A stretch of DNA of 63,449 nucleotides, counting the filler. It is 7 parts of 7 records of this genome, joined end to end, with 100 filler letters (N's around TTAATTAATTAA, not from the genome) between each part and the next. Parts side by side here need not be neighbours in the genome. Positions count along the whole stretch, not along the records: positions 15,675 to 21,976 come from DRR723986_20448; positions 22,077 to 42,676 come from DRR723986_20467; 5 more parts are not named here. One strand, 5' to 3'. This document shows positions 19,216-29,607 of this stretch, piece by piece. Under the pieces are notes generated by a model. That model did no database searches, was not told the DNA's origin, and worked only from the letters and a program-made list of their open reading frames with translations. Both the position numbers and the translations under genes were made by a program. How positions within the stretch are numbered: position 1 is the stretch's first letter; the number at the start of each line of letters is the position of its first letter.

Positions 19216-19433
19216 GCTGATACTGTCCCCACCACTCGGGCAGCCTTTGCAAAGCCGCAGCTCTGATGCTGCCTCCCTCGACTTCTATTTATTAATGCGA
19301 AAAAGAATGCAGGTCGAGATCAATTCTTAAAACGGTAAGATATACTCCGATTGCGTTGCGTTTTGCAAAAATTGACAGTAGCACTCTTTTCTTCGAAGTC
19401 GAGCACATTAAAAAGGGTAAATTACTGCAATTA

Positions 19434-20390
19434 CTACGAAATGCGGCCTTTCTGACTGCCGGGTGTCACCCCGAAATGGGATTTGTATGTTCGGGCGAAA
19501 TGGCCCGAACTTTTGAATCCACAGGCGAATGCAACTTCGGTCACCGGCATCTCCGTTTGTAAAAGAAGATGCCGAGCTTTCTGCAATCTAATATCCAGCT
19601 GATACTTCTTGGGGGAACAATTCAGATAGCGCCCGAAAAGCCTTTCCAGTTGGCGCACGGAGATTCCGATTTCCATGGCGATTTCCGCAGGTGAGATCGG
19701 GAATTCCACCGTTTCATTCATGCGGCGAATGGCATGGGTGAGGTGGCTGTTGCGAATGCCGTGCCGGGCCTGAAAGGACACACGCTGTTCCGCGCTCGCG
19801 TCGCGGACCGTATTGTAAACCATCTGATCGGCAACTTCGGCAGCCAGGGTTTCGCCGTGCCGCGCCTCGATCAGATGCAGCATCAAGTCAGCGGTGGCCG
19901 TGCCGCCCGACGCCGTGACGATCTTTTCATCCGCAACGAAGACGCTTCGCTGAAGGTTCACGTCTGGAAATTCCTCCATGAACGCGTCGTGGTAGTCCCA
20001 GTGGATGGCAGCACGCAGCCCGTCCAGCATACCGGATCGGGCCAAGATCCATGTGGCAGAACACAACCCGCCGATCTTCACCCCCTTGCGCGCCTGTTTT
20101 CGGATACCGTTCAACAGGCCGCGTGTAGCCCGTGTCTGCACCCCGATCCCCGACAGGACGAACAGGCGATCGACGGCGGGCAGCTCGTCCAATGTACAAT
20201 CGACCTGGCTGACGATCCCGTTGGAACAGGTGACGGTTGGCCCGGTCTCGGAAACGACGGTCCATTCATACAGCCTCTCACCGCTGATCAGGTTGGCAAT
20301 GCGCAAGGGATCGACGGCACAGCCAAAGGCCATGTGGGTCAAGTCCTCGACCAGCAGGAAGGCAAAATGTTCAGGGTGCTGCATCGTCAT
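19434..20390 (-). CDS. GlxA-family AraC transcriptional regulator
   Basis: DJ-1-like N-domain (DPLRIAN, AIHW, TASGGTA) and C-terminal ISVRQLERLF...VAFACGF. Confidence 0.92.
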   Translation of the reverse strand: MTMQHPEHFAFLLVEDLTHMAFGCAVDPLRIANLISGERLYEWTVVSETGPTVTCSNGIVSQVDCTLDELPAVDRLFVLSGIGVQTRATRGLLNGIRKQARKGVKIGGLCSATWILARSGMLDGLRAAIHWDYHDAFMEEFPDVNLQRSVFVADEKIVTASGGTATADLMLHLIEARHGETLAAEVADQMVYNTVRDASAEQRVSFQARHGIRNSHLTHAIRRMNETVEFPISPAEIAMEIGISVRQLERLFGRYLNCSPKKYQLDIRLQKARHLLLQTEMPVTEVAFACGFKSSGHFARTYKSHFGVTPGSQKGRIS

Positions 20391-20495
20391 GTCCTCAGGA
20401 TAGCGCAGATGTGGCGTGAAATCTTTTTGTATGCAATATGTATTTTATTTGTGCGCGATCTTTGCTAGGCACCGGATTACAGGAAGGAAACCCCG

Positions 20496-21206
20496 ATGCC
20501 CGATTCGACGCAAAGCCCCAAGGATACCTGCTATCTGGCGCTGAAAACCGCGATCCTGACGCTGGAGCTTCAGCCCGGTGCCGATCTGGATGAAGCGAGC
20601 CTGAGCGCAGAATTCGGCCTCTCGCGCACCCCATTGCGGGAAGTGCTGCGGCGACTGGCAGGGGAAGGCTATGTCGATCTGCGCCTCAATCGCGGGGCGC
20701 GGGTCAGCGAGATGTCCCACACCACCCTGCGCGACTTCTTCCTGGCCGCCCCGATGATTTATGGCGCGATCCTGCGGCTGGCGGCTGAAAACGCGACGCC
20801 CGCGCAGATCGAGAAACTGAAGACCACGCAGGCCCGGTTTCGCAAGGTGCTGCAACAGGGATCAGCCCGCGACCGGGCCCTGGTGAACAACCGCTTTCAC
20901 GAGATCACTGGCGAAATGGCGGGTAACGTCTATCTGTTGCCCTCCTTTCAGCGCTTGCTGATCGACCACGCGCGCATCTCCATGACCTTCTACCGCCCGC
21001 GGGACGAGGCCATGGCCCGCAACGTCAACAATGCTGCCGACCAGCACGACCAGATCATCGCCGCCATCGAAGCAAACGACGCGGACCGCGCCGCCATGCT
21101 GGCAATCGACCACTGGAACCTGTCCCGCCACCGCATCGAGCTGTTCGTAATGCCAGGCGGGCTAGACCTGCCGCTTGGTGCGCCGCCGCGCACCGTTACC
21201 GCCTGA
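20496..21206 (+). CDS. GntR/FCD-family regulator
   Basis: FGLSRTPLREVL HTH; NNRFH and DQHDQII in the FCD domain. Confidence 0.92.
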   Translation: MPDSTQSPKDTCYLALKTAILTLELQPGADLDEASLSAEFGLSRTPLREVLRRLAGEGYVDLRLNRGARVSEMSHTTLRDFFLAAPMIYGAILRLAAENATPAQIEKLKTTQARFRKVLQQGSARDRALVNNRFHEITGEMAGNVYLLPSFQRLLIDHARISMTFYRPRDEAMARNVNNAADQHDQIIAAIEANDADRAAMLAIDHWNLSRHRIELFVMPGGLDLPLGAPPRTVTA

Positions 21207-21216
21207 GGAGAGGCCC

Positions 21217-21976
21217 ATGACACCCATCTTCCGGTTCGAGGGGATCTACACGCCCGTCGTGACCCCCTTTCATGATGACCACTCCGTCAACTGGGACGCG
21301 CTGGCCGATGTTATCGACAGCCTGATCGCGGCTGGCGTGCACGGCCTGATTTCCGGCGGGTCCACCGGCGAAAACTACGCGCAGACGGTCGAGGAACGGC
21401 TGGAGGTCGCCCGGTTTACCAAGGACCGCGCCAAGAGCCGTCTGCCGTTGATCGTGGGAACTGGCGCGATGATGACGCCCGACTCCGTGGCCTTGGCCGC
21501 TGGCGCAAAAGACATGGGGGCGGATGCGATCCTGTTGGCCAGCCCGGCCTATTCCGTACCGACAGACCGCGAAAACGCGTTGAATGCACTGGCCATCGAC
21601 AAGGCCGCCAACCTGCCCGTGATGCTGTATAACTACCCCGGCCGCACTGGCACGATGATGGGCGAGGAATTCCTCGACCGCGTGGGCCGCAGCCGCAATT
21701 TCTGCGGCATCAAGGAAAGCTCTGGCGATATCAACAGGGTGCATCTTCTGGCCCGCGACTACCCGCATATCCAGCTTGGCTGCGGCATGGACGATCAGGC
21801 GTTGGAGTTCTTCGCCTGGGGCAGCCGGTTCTGGGTCTGCGGCGGGTCTAACTTCCTGCCTGCCGAACACATCGCGCTCTACAATGCCTGTGCCGTTGAG
21901 GGGAATTTCGACAAGGGCCGCCGGATCATGTCGGCGATGCTGCCGCTGATGCGGGTGCTGGAACAGGGCGGCAAGT
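21217..21976 (+). CDS. Dihydrodipicolinate synthase-family lyase (3' partial)
   Basis: TPVVTPF, GGSTGE, MLYNYPGRTG, GIKESSGD; GAGGAG RBS. Confidence 0.9.
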
Positions 21977-22076
21977 NNNNNNNNNNNNNNNNNNNNNNNN
22001 NNNNNNNNNNNNNNNNNNNNTTAATTAATTAANNNNNNNNNNNNNNNNNNNNNNNNNNNNNNNNNNNNNNNNNNNN
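21977..22076. other. Artificial contig spacer
   Basis: N-run + TTAATTAATTAA + N-run. Confidence 0.99.
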
Positions 22077-22077
22077 C

Positions 22078-22148
22078 GTCGCCTTTCGCTCCGCGAAAGT
22101 AGCGAATCGGATGTTGTTGGCCGCGGCTTTCGCGGAGCGAAAGGCGAC
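22078..22148. repeat. Palindromic REP/MITE-like element, perfect 22-bp inverted repeat
   Basis: GTCGCCTTTCGCTCCGCGAAAG (22078-22099) and its exact reverse complement (22127-22148), 27-nt spacer. Confidence 0.85.
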
Positions 22149-22149
22149 A

Positions 22150-22269
22150 CTGGCCGACGCAACCATCAACGACACGATCGTCGAACGCCATTACCAAACG
22201 CGAGCGATTCGCCGCATCGGTGAGTCGTTCGAGAAGGACAACGAACCGAAATCGCTGTTGGTGATGGCC
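22150..22269 (+). pseudogene. hsdR: Fragment of a type I restriction enzyme R subunit
   Basis: INDTIVERHYQTRAIRRIGESFEKDNEPKSLLVMA matches the RxYQxxAI...LLVMA segment before the TGxGKT Walker A, which is missing here. Confidence 0.65.
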
Positions 22270-22675
22270 GGAGTTAGCTCGCCGACACGCGCGACAGGAG
22301 TGGGTGGTTGCGGGGAGTTAAAAGAAGTGCGGTGAACCCAACGGCAGACTTCCAGCACCGCCAATCGCGTATCAATTACCTGACTCAGTCGTCTCGCGGG
22401 ATGATACGTCCGTCCCTCCATTGGATCGGAATAGGGCGATCGGTAGATTCGATGTTGTTTAGAATGCCCTTACGAAGACCTTGACCAAACTCAAAGTGGC
22501 CGCGCTTTGATAGGAAACTTGGTTGCATTGCCTCAGAGAACCGAAGACAATAGTAGACTGACTTTGCTGCGTTGCGATTAAGGCGGAAGCACCTCCTATC
22601 AATGCCAGCAAAGCCCCGCCTGACATCCAGCGTTCCCCTGCGCCGACACGCTCCCGCCTTTACGTAAGAAGTACC

Positions 22676-24082
22676 ATGCTGCAATCTCGTCGCGAAATGC
22701 TCTGTCGCAGCGGACTCGGATTCGGAGCTATCGCGCTGGGCGATTTGCTTGCTGGACAAGCAACAGCAGCCACAGACGTGAATCCACTGCTGCCAAAGAA
22801 GCCTCACTTTCCCGCCAAGGCGAAGCGGGTCATTCACATCTTCGCCAATGGCGGGCCGAGCCATGTCGATACGTTTGACCCCAAGCCAGCCATTGATAAA
22901 TACGCCGGGCAACCAATGCCTGGGAAGACCCCAAAGACCGAACGGAAAACGGGCGCACTTTATCCGTCCCCGTTCAAATTTAAGAAATACGGCGAAAGCG
23001 GGACCGAGGTTAGCGAGCTGTTCTCGCATACCGCGCAGCACATCGATGACATCTGCGTCATCCGTTCGATGCACGCCGATGTTCCTAACCACGAACCCTC
23101 ACTGTTGCTAATGAACACGGGCGAAGCCAGATTGGTTCGCCCGAGTATGGGTTCTTGGTTGACTTATGGACTTGGCACCGAAAATCAGAATCTGCCAGCG
23201 TTCGTCGCTATGTGCCCAGGTGGGTACCCAATCCAGGAATCGCAGAACTGGCAATCAGGTTTTCTCCCTGGTGTCTACCAAGGCACGTACATCGACACCA
23301 AGAACGAATCGATCGACCGACTGATCGAGAATATCGAGAACAAACGACTTCATCCTGACGACCAACGCCGGCAGCTTGATTTTGTCCAGATGCTCAACCA
23401 ACAGCATTTGGCGAACCGCCGTAGTGACGCACAACTGGAAGCTCGCATTCAGTCCTTTGAACTGGCCTACCGAATGCAGCAGGAAGCCAGCGAGGCGTTC
23501 GACGTAACTCGCGAACCCAAACACGTCTTGAAAGCCTACGGCAAGGGCGTGCAAGCCAGACAGCTCTTGACCGCCCGCCGGTTAGTGGAGCGAGGTGTTC
23601 GTTACGTGCAAGTCTACCACGGTAAGGGGCAACCTTGGGACAACCACGACGACATCGAGAAGCGACATCGTGCGCTTGCGGGCGAATGCGATCAAGCAAT
23701 CGGCGCTCTTTTGACGGACCTGAAAAAACTCGGTCTATTCGAAGACACGCTGGTCGTTTGGGGCGGGGAGTTTGGTAGAACACCTACTGTTGAACTGCCC
23801 AAAGAGGGATCCAACCAAGGCAAAATCAACGGACGCGATCACAACCACTGGGGATTCACAATGTGGATGGCCGGCGGCGGCGTTCGAGGCGGCCACGTTC
23901 ACGGCGCTACCGATGAATTTGGTTTCAAAGCGGTTGAGGACCGAGTTCATGTCCACGACTTGCATGCAACCATGCTAAAACTTCTCGGATTCGATCACGA
24001 AAAGTTCACGTATCGCTGGGCCGGGAGAGACTTCCGGCTGACGGATGTTCACGGGCGAATCATCGACGACATCATTGCTTAG
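22676..24082 (+). CDS. DUF1501 family protein (Tat-like signal)
   Basis: SRREML, AKRVIHIFANGGPSHVDTFDPKP, WGGEFGRTP, GRDHN, GRDFRLTDVHG. Confidence 0.93.
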   Translation: MLQSRREMLCRSGLGFGAIALGDLLAGQATAATDVNPLLPKKPHFPAKAKRVIHIFANGGPSHVDTFDPKPAIDKYAGQPMPGKTPKTERKTGALYPSPFKFKKYGESGTEVSELFSHTAQHIDDICVIRSMHADVPNHEPSLLLMNTGEARLVRPSMGSWLTYGLGTENQNLPAFVAMCPGGYPIQESQNWQSGFLPGVYQGTYIDTKNESIDRLIENIENKRLHPDDQRRQLDFVQMLNQQHLANRRSDAQLEARIQSFELAYRMQQEASEAFDVTREPKHVLKAYGKGVQARQLLTARRLVERGVRYVQVYHGKGQPWDNHDDIEKRHRALAGECDQAIGALLTDLKKLGLFEDTLVVWGGEFGRTPTVELPKEGSNQGKINGRDHNHWGFTMWMAGGGVRGGHVHGATDEFGFKAVEDRVHVHDLHATMLKLLGFDHEKFTYRWAGRDFRLTDVHGRIIDDIIA

Positions 24083-24098
24083 TCGCAGGAACAGAACA

Positions 24099-27000
24099 GT
24101 GCACCGCATCAACGCCAGTCGTCTTTCGTCTCGCCTCCCTGTAGCACTCCACCTGTTTGCCGCCCTAGTGACTGTCGCCCTGATGACTACGAGCACCTTG
24201 CTCGCGCAGGAGCCGCAGTTTTCGGCGCAACAGCTCGAGTTCTTTGAACAGAAGATCCGCCCAGTCCTCGCCGAGCAATGCTACTCTTGCCACAGCGGAA
24301 CGGCGGTCAAGCTACAGGCCGCACTTCGCGTCGACAGCAGGCAAAGTTTGTTGGCCGGCGGAGACTCGGGACCCGCAATTTCGATCGAAGAGCCCGAGCA
24401 CAGCCTGCTACTGGAGTCCGTGCGCTACGAAGGCTACGAAATGCCGCCTTCCGGAAAGCTCCCCGACGATGTCATTGCCGATTTTGAAGCTTGGGTCAAC
24501 GACGGAGCCCCTTGGCCAAACGAAGAAGTCGCCGAAGGACAAGCGGCTGAGCAATTTGATCTGCAGAAACGAAAGTCCGAACACTGGGTCTGGCAGCCAA
24601 TCGACAATCCGAGCGTCCCAAGTGTCAAAGCGGCAGACTGGCCCCGCGATGACATCGATCGGTTTATCCTGGCAGCTATGGAACAAGCGGAAGCTGCGCC
24701 AGCGGGCGACATCGACGAGGCGAGCCTGCTTCGCCGACTTTATTTTGATATTGTCGGACTCCCACCCCAACCGCAAGACGTTCTCGATTATTTGCAGGAC
24801 ACTTCACCGGACAAACTGCCTCGACTTGTCGACAAGCTGCTCGCCTCACCGCATTTTGGTGAACGCTGGGGGCGTCACTGGCTAGACCTTGTTCGCTATG
24901 CAGAATCGAGAGGCCATGAGTTCGACAACGACTCTCGGAACGCGTATCAGTATCGCGACTACGTCATCCGCGCCCTGAACGCCGACGTGCCATACGACCA
25001 GTTTGTTCGCGAGCACATCGCAGGCGATCTTCTAGAGAACCCAAGACTTTACCCCGAGACAGGTGGCAACGAATCGATCCTAGGCACCGGCTTCTGGTTT
25101 CTTGGCGAATGGGTTCACTCGCCGGTGGACATTCGTAAAGATGAATCAGATCGCTTCGACAACATGATCGACGTCATGTCGAAGACGTTTCTCGGTGTCA
25201 CTGTGAGCTGTGCGCGATGCCATGACCACAAGTTTGACGCAATCTCGACCGAGGATTATTACGCACTATGCGGGTTCTTGCAGAGTAGCGATTATCGGCA
25301 AGTCCGGTTTGAGTCGATGGAAAAGAACCGCCTCATCGCACAGCGACTTGCCGAATCGGATGCCAGCTTTCAAGAACAAATTAGTTCACTCCTGAAAAAA
25401 GGCTCGCACGAAGAGACCTCAACGGCGACTACAGCCACGCTACCGGATTCGATAGCGGAAAAGACTGTTTTCGATTACCGCCATCCTGCGGCACCGGCCC
25501 TTCGACAGAATGGCTTCCTATTTAGCCAACGCAGCGCTGGCCAGCTTGTACTTTCTGCTTACTCGGCTGACGCCATCACAGTTGGCGAGACTGGGCTATC
25601 CGTTCAAGCGTGTGACGCGACTACAAGCGACGCCTTTTGGAATGACCTAGAAACAATTGATGAATCGGGGATGAATCGTCGCGGCAAGCTGAGAGAAATC
25701 CCGAGAGCTGGCAGAACCCTACGAACAGAAACCTTCTTACTGAAAAGCGGACAAGTCGATTGCTTGGTCTCCGGCAACGGACATATTGTCGCCTGCGTCG
25801 ACTCGCACCGCCTAATCGCTGGACCACTTCACGGCGAAACCGTTGTCGGCGTGAAGCCTGGCAAACCATGGATGCGCCTGAACTTGAGCCGCTACGTTGG
25901 ACATCGCATCCACCTTGAGTTCACACCAGCAGAGAACGCCAGCCTTTCGGTTCAGTACATCGTTCAAGGAGCATCGTCAGAGGAAAAGAACAGGATTGCT
26001 TCCATCTTTCAGGCTCAAGAGAAACAATCCAAGCAGGCCGCCACCAACCTTGCTTCGCAAATCAACGCAGACGCGGCAACTGCCCTGCGAGTCGACGAGC
26101 TTGTTAAACAGTGGCAGGCCAAGCGGAAACAACTACAGGAAAAAATCCTCAAGCGTTCGCAGTTGGCAATGGCCATGATGGACGGCACAGGTGAAGACGA
26201 CAATCTGCTCATACGTGGTTCGTCATCGAATCCTGGACCTGTCGTACCAAGAAGATTCCTGACCGCCGTCGATGGACCGCGACCAGAGACCTACCATGGC
26301 AGCGGCCGCCTAGAATTGGCCGATCAAATCAACGCACCTGCGAACCCGCTCACCTCGCGTGTGATCGCAAATCGCATCTGGCATCACCTGCTGGGACGCG
26401 GAATCGTCCCGACGACCGACGACTTCGGCGTCCTGGGGCAGCGGCCGAGTCACCCAGAGCTCCTCGACCACCTGGCTGTCAGGTTCCGGCAAAAAGGCCA
26501 AAGCATCAAAGCGATGATTAAGATCATCGTGCTATCGCGGACGTATCAAATGTCAGGAGAGCGCTCGCCGGAGTTGGCCGAGCAGGATCCAAACAACCTG
26601 CTCTTTCACTATCGTCCACCCAAGCGATTGCAGGGTGAAGCAATTCGCGATTCGTTACTGGAAATCTCCGGCACACTCGATCGCGATCTCTTTGGGGAGC
26701 CCGTTCCGGTTCACTTAACTGATTTTATGTCAGGACGCGGTCGGCCCGGCAAGCAAGGGCCCCTGGACGGTGGACATCGCCGCAGCATTTACACGGCCGT
26801 GCGTCGCAACTTCCTTCCACCTTTCATGCTGGCTTTTGACACGCCGGTCCCATTTAGCTCAATGGGTCGACGCACGGTATCCAATGTTCCCGCCCAGGCA
26901 CTGATTATGCTCAATCACCCGCTGGTGCGAGAACTGTCTGGCAAGTGGGCCCAGCGCAGCGACCAGGCTAGCCGCGAATTGCCGAAAGGCCTCACAAATG

Positions 27001-27191
27001 ATCCCGCGGCCTGCGAGCCATCGGAAACCGACAGACGCATCCGATGGATGTACTTGTCAGCCTATGCAAGACTGCCGCAGCGATCCGAGTTGGAGGCAGT
27101 TCGGCAGTTTGTTCACTCACGCAACGAAGATCCTTGGCAGCAGTTGGCTCATGCTTTGGTGAATGCGAAAGAGTTTATCTACGTCCGCTAA
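24099..27191 (+). CDS. Planctomycete cytochrome c + DUF1549 (PSCyt2) + DUF1553 (PSD1) protein
   Basis: FFEQKIRPVLAEQCYSCH, FGERWGRHWLDLVRYAES, CARCHDHKFD, RPSHPELLDHLA; start uncertain. Confidence 0.93.
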   Translation: MHRINASRLSSRLPVALHLFAALVTVALMTTSTLLAQEPQFSAQQLEFFEQKIRPVLAEQCYSCHSGTAVKLQAALRVDSRQSLLAGGDSGPAISIEEPEHSLLLESVRYEGYEMPPSGKLPDDVIADFEAWVNDGAPWPNEEVAEGQAAEQFDLQKRKSEHWVWQPIDNPSVPSVKAADWPRDDIDRFILAAMEQAEAAPAGDIDEASLLRRLYFDIVGLPPQPQDVLDYLQDTSPDKLPRLVDKLLASPHFGERWGRHWLDLVRYAESRGHEFDNDSRNAYQYRDYVIRALNADVPYDQFVREHIAGDLLENPRLYPETGGNESILGTGFWFLGEWVHSPVDIRKDESDRFDNMIDVMSKTFLGVTVSCARCHDHKFDAISTEDYYALCGFLQSSDYRQVRFESMEKNRLIAQRLAESDASFQEQISSLLKKGSHEETSTATTATLPDSIAEKTVFDYRHPAAPALRQNGFLFSQRSAGQLVLSAYSADAITVGETGLSVQACDATTSDAFWNDLETIDESGMNRRGKLREIPRAGRTLRTETFLLKSGQVDCLVSGNGHIVACVDSHRLIAGPLHGETVVGVKPGKPWMRLNLSRYVGHRIHLEFTPAENASLSVQYIVQGASSEEKNRIASIFQAQEKQSKQAATNLASQINADAATALRVDELVKQWQAKRKQLQEKILKRSQLAMAMMDGTGEDDNLLIRGSSSNPGPVVPRRFLTAVDGPRPETYHGSGRLELADQINAPANPLTSRVIANRIWHHLLGRGIVPTTDDFGVLGQRPSHPELLDHLAVRFRQKGQSIKAMIKIIVLSRTYQMSGERSPELAEQDPNNLLFHYRPPKRLQGEAIRDSLLEISGTLDRDLFGEPVPVHLTDFMSGRGRPGKQGPLDGGHRRSIYTAVRRNFLPPFMLAFDTPVPFSSMGRRTVSNVPAQALIMLNHPLVRELSGKWAQRSDQASRELPKGLTNDPAACEPSETDRRIRWMYLSAYARLPQRSELEAVRQFVHSRNEDPWQQLAHALVNAKEFIYVR

Positions 27192-27223
27192 GTGCGAACA
27201 AACTTTAAGAAGAACCGATCACG

Positions 27224-28684
27224 ATGTTCAACAAGCTGACAACCATGGCCGGCCATTGCGGATCCAACAATCTATCTCGCCGGCGGATGCTCTCAGTTTG
27301 CGGTAGCGGCTTCGGCGCGGTCGCGATGCAAGCCCTTCTGAGGCAGCCAGCTTATGCGCTGCCAGATGGAGCCCTTGGCGGCGTGAGCGGCGGTGCTTTG
27401 CACGGCCCCCACCATCAACCGAAGGCGAAGAATGTGATCTTCTTGTACATGGACGGCGGTCCATCGCAGGTAGACACTTTTGATCCCAAACCGATGCTCA
27501 CCCGCCACAATGGCGAAGATCCCAGCAAGTTTTTCAAGGTCCAGCCAACCCAGTTCAACAACAACGGCACCGTTCTAGGCAGTCCCTGGGAGTTCGCTCA
27601 GCATGGTGAAGCCGGCATTCCAATTAGCTCGCTTTTTCCACATGTTGCTAAGTGCGCGGACGAATTGACCGTTGTCCGGTCCATGGTTTCTGAATTTCCT
27701 GAGCACACATTTGCAAACTACTTCCTGCACACAGGAAGCGGTCTGCAAGGTCGCCCGAGCATGGGCGCTTGGGTCAATTACGGACTGGGTAGCGAGTCGC
27801 AGGACTTGCCTGGCTTCGTCGCTCTTAATGGAGGCTTGATTCCCCCAGGTGGATTAGATTGCTTCGGAAGCGGCTTCTTGCCAGCCAGCTACCAAGGTTC
27901 AGTGTTCAAGCCGTCAGGTTCAGCGGTTGCAAACATCAAGCCTTCCGATAGCTCTCTAGACCAGCAGCGGGCGAAGCTCGACTTCATCAAGCAGCTTGAC
28001 GAACTGTCGATGGACTCCTTCGGTCGTCACGACAGCTTGGAATCGGCGATTCGGAACTATGAACTGGCATTCTCGATGCAGATGGCCGTCCCGGAACTTA
28101 TGCAGCTAGAGGATGAACCTGAGCACATCCGAAAACTTTATGGCCTGGACGCCGAATATGACAAGACGCGAATCTACGCGGCCGAGTGCTTAATCGCCCG
28201 CAGGTTGGTCGAGCGCGGCGTTCGATTCATCGAGTTGACTTGCCCAAGCGTTGGTGCTGATCGCTGGGACCAACACAGCAAACTCAAGCAGGGACACGAA
28301 AACAACGCCCGTGCTGTCGATCAACCGATTGCTGGGCTGCTGAAGGATCTTCGCCAGCGGGGCCTGCTAGATGAAACACTAGTTGTCTGGGCTGGAGAAT
28401 TCGGCAGAACACCGTTCGCTCAAGGTAAAGACGGGCGTGACCACAATCCATTCGGATTCACCATCTGGATGGCAGGTGGCGGGACCCGCGGTGGCACGAT
28501 ATACGGTGCAACGGACGAGTGGGGGTATAAGGCAATCGAGAATCGAATGGAAATCCACGACCTGCACGCCACGATGCTACATTTGCTGGGCGTCGATCAC
28601 ACCCGCAGCACCTATCGTTTTGGCGGTCGCGACATGCGACTCACCGACGTAAAGGGGCATGTCGTCCACGACTTGATTGCGTAG
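27224..28684 (+). CDS. DUF1501 family protein (Tat-like signal)
   Basis: SRRRML, VIFLYMDGGPSQVDTFDPKP, WAGEFGRTP, GRDMRLTDVKG. Confidence 0.93.
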   Translation: MFNKLTTMAGHCGSNNLSRRRMLSVCGSGFGAVAMQALLRQPAYALPDGALGGVSGGALHGPHHQPKAKNVIFLYMDGGPSQVDTFDPKPMLTRHNGEDPSKFFKVQPTQFNNNGTVLGSPWEFAQHGEAGIPISSLFPHVAKCADELTVVRSMVSEFPEHTFANYFLHTGSGLQGRPSMGAWVNYGLGSESQDLPGFVALNGGLIPPGGLDCFGSGFLPASYQGSVFKPSGSAVANIKPSDSSLDQQRAKLDFIKQLDELSMDSFGRHDSLESAIRNYELAFSMQMAVPELMQLEDEPEHIRKLYGLDAEYDKTRIYAAECLIARRLVERGVRFIELTCPSVGADRWDQHSKLKQGHENNARAVDQPIAGLLKDLRQRGLLDETLVVWAGEFGRTPFAQGKDGRDHNPFGFTIWMAGGGTRGGTIYGATDEWGYKAIENRMEIHDLHATMLHLLGVDHTRSTYRFGGRDMRLTDVKGHVVHDLIA

Positions 28685-28799
28685 ATGCACTGCTGATCTC
28701 GCCCGCTTGTTCAGTTCAAGGGCCGAGCGAACTCAGCCAAACTGGACGCAAGCTGCGAGAGGTTCGAATAGCTGGCCACTGGGAAGCTTGGTGCGCGTT

Positions 28800-29501
28800 C
28801 TACTTCGCTGCCCCTAGCTCCTTCTTTAGCTTGGCCTTGATGATCCGCGCCCAGACGTCGTAGCCATCATCATTTAGGTGCAATTGATCGTCCACGAACA
28901 ACTCGTCATTGGGCTTTCCATCCACCAAGTAATCGTCCGCCGAAGCAATGAAGTAAACCCCGTCATTGGCCTTGGCATACTCTGCCATGCTTTGGTTCAC
29001 TTTCTTGATTTCATCCCACACCTTAAAACGTGAGCTAGTTGGTGTCACTGCGATTAGAAAAACTGGCTTGTCTCCCGACGCAGACCTCACTTCCTTGACG
29101 ACAAACTGCACCAGCTTCAAAACCTCCTTCGGCGTTTTGTCAGTCTCTTTGCCAGCAATGTCGTTGGCGACAAAAATAGCCACTGCCCGCGGATCGTGAG
29201 CGCGGGTAAGCCGTCGGGCAAAAATGGCGAGATCAGAGAACTTTGCTCCTCCGTATCCGCGTTTGATTGTCGGCCATGGAGCCATGTCCTCACCGATCGT
29301 ATCCCACCGCCGAATGCTTGAGCTACCCAGGAATAGGATCGCGTCCCCAGGGTCTTTCTCCGTCTTATCGAGCGCCTCAAGCTTCTCGATATCCTTGGAC
29401 CATTTCTTCAGTGCGGCTTCTTCGTGCTTAGCAACGTATGGTGGAAACGCGCCTACTTGAGTCTGGGAAATTAGAAGTGTCAAAAACAGGCAGTTGATCA
29501 T
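28800..29501 (-). CDS. SGNH/GDSL hydrolase, exported
   Basis: FLGSSSIRRW, RGYGG, DQLHLN. Confidence 0.85.
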   Translation of the reverse strand: MINCLFLTLLISQTQVGAFPPYVAKHEEAALKKWSKDIEKLEALDKTEKDPGDAILFLGSSSIRRWDTIGEDMAPWPTIKRGYGGAKFSDLAIFARRLTRAHDPRAVAIFVANDIAGKETDKTPKEVLKLVQFVVKEVRSASGDKPVFLIAVTPTSSRFKVWDEIKKVNQSMAEYAKANDGVYFIASADDYLVDGKPNDELFVDDQLHLNDDGYDVWARIIKAKLKKELGAAK

Positions 29502-29607
29502 GATTGGGTCCCCTGGGTGTGCTTCCCGAGCAAAACAGCGATGATTGTAAGGGAAAACAGACTCTGGCGTTGCATAAACGCCCGATAAATCAAGCTGGAG
29601 CTTTGAA

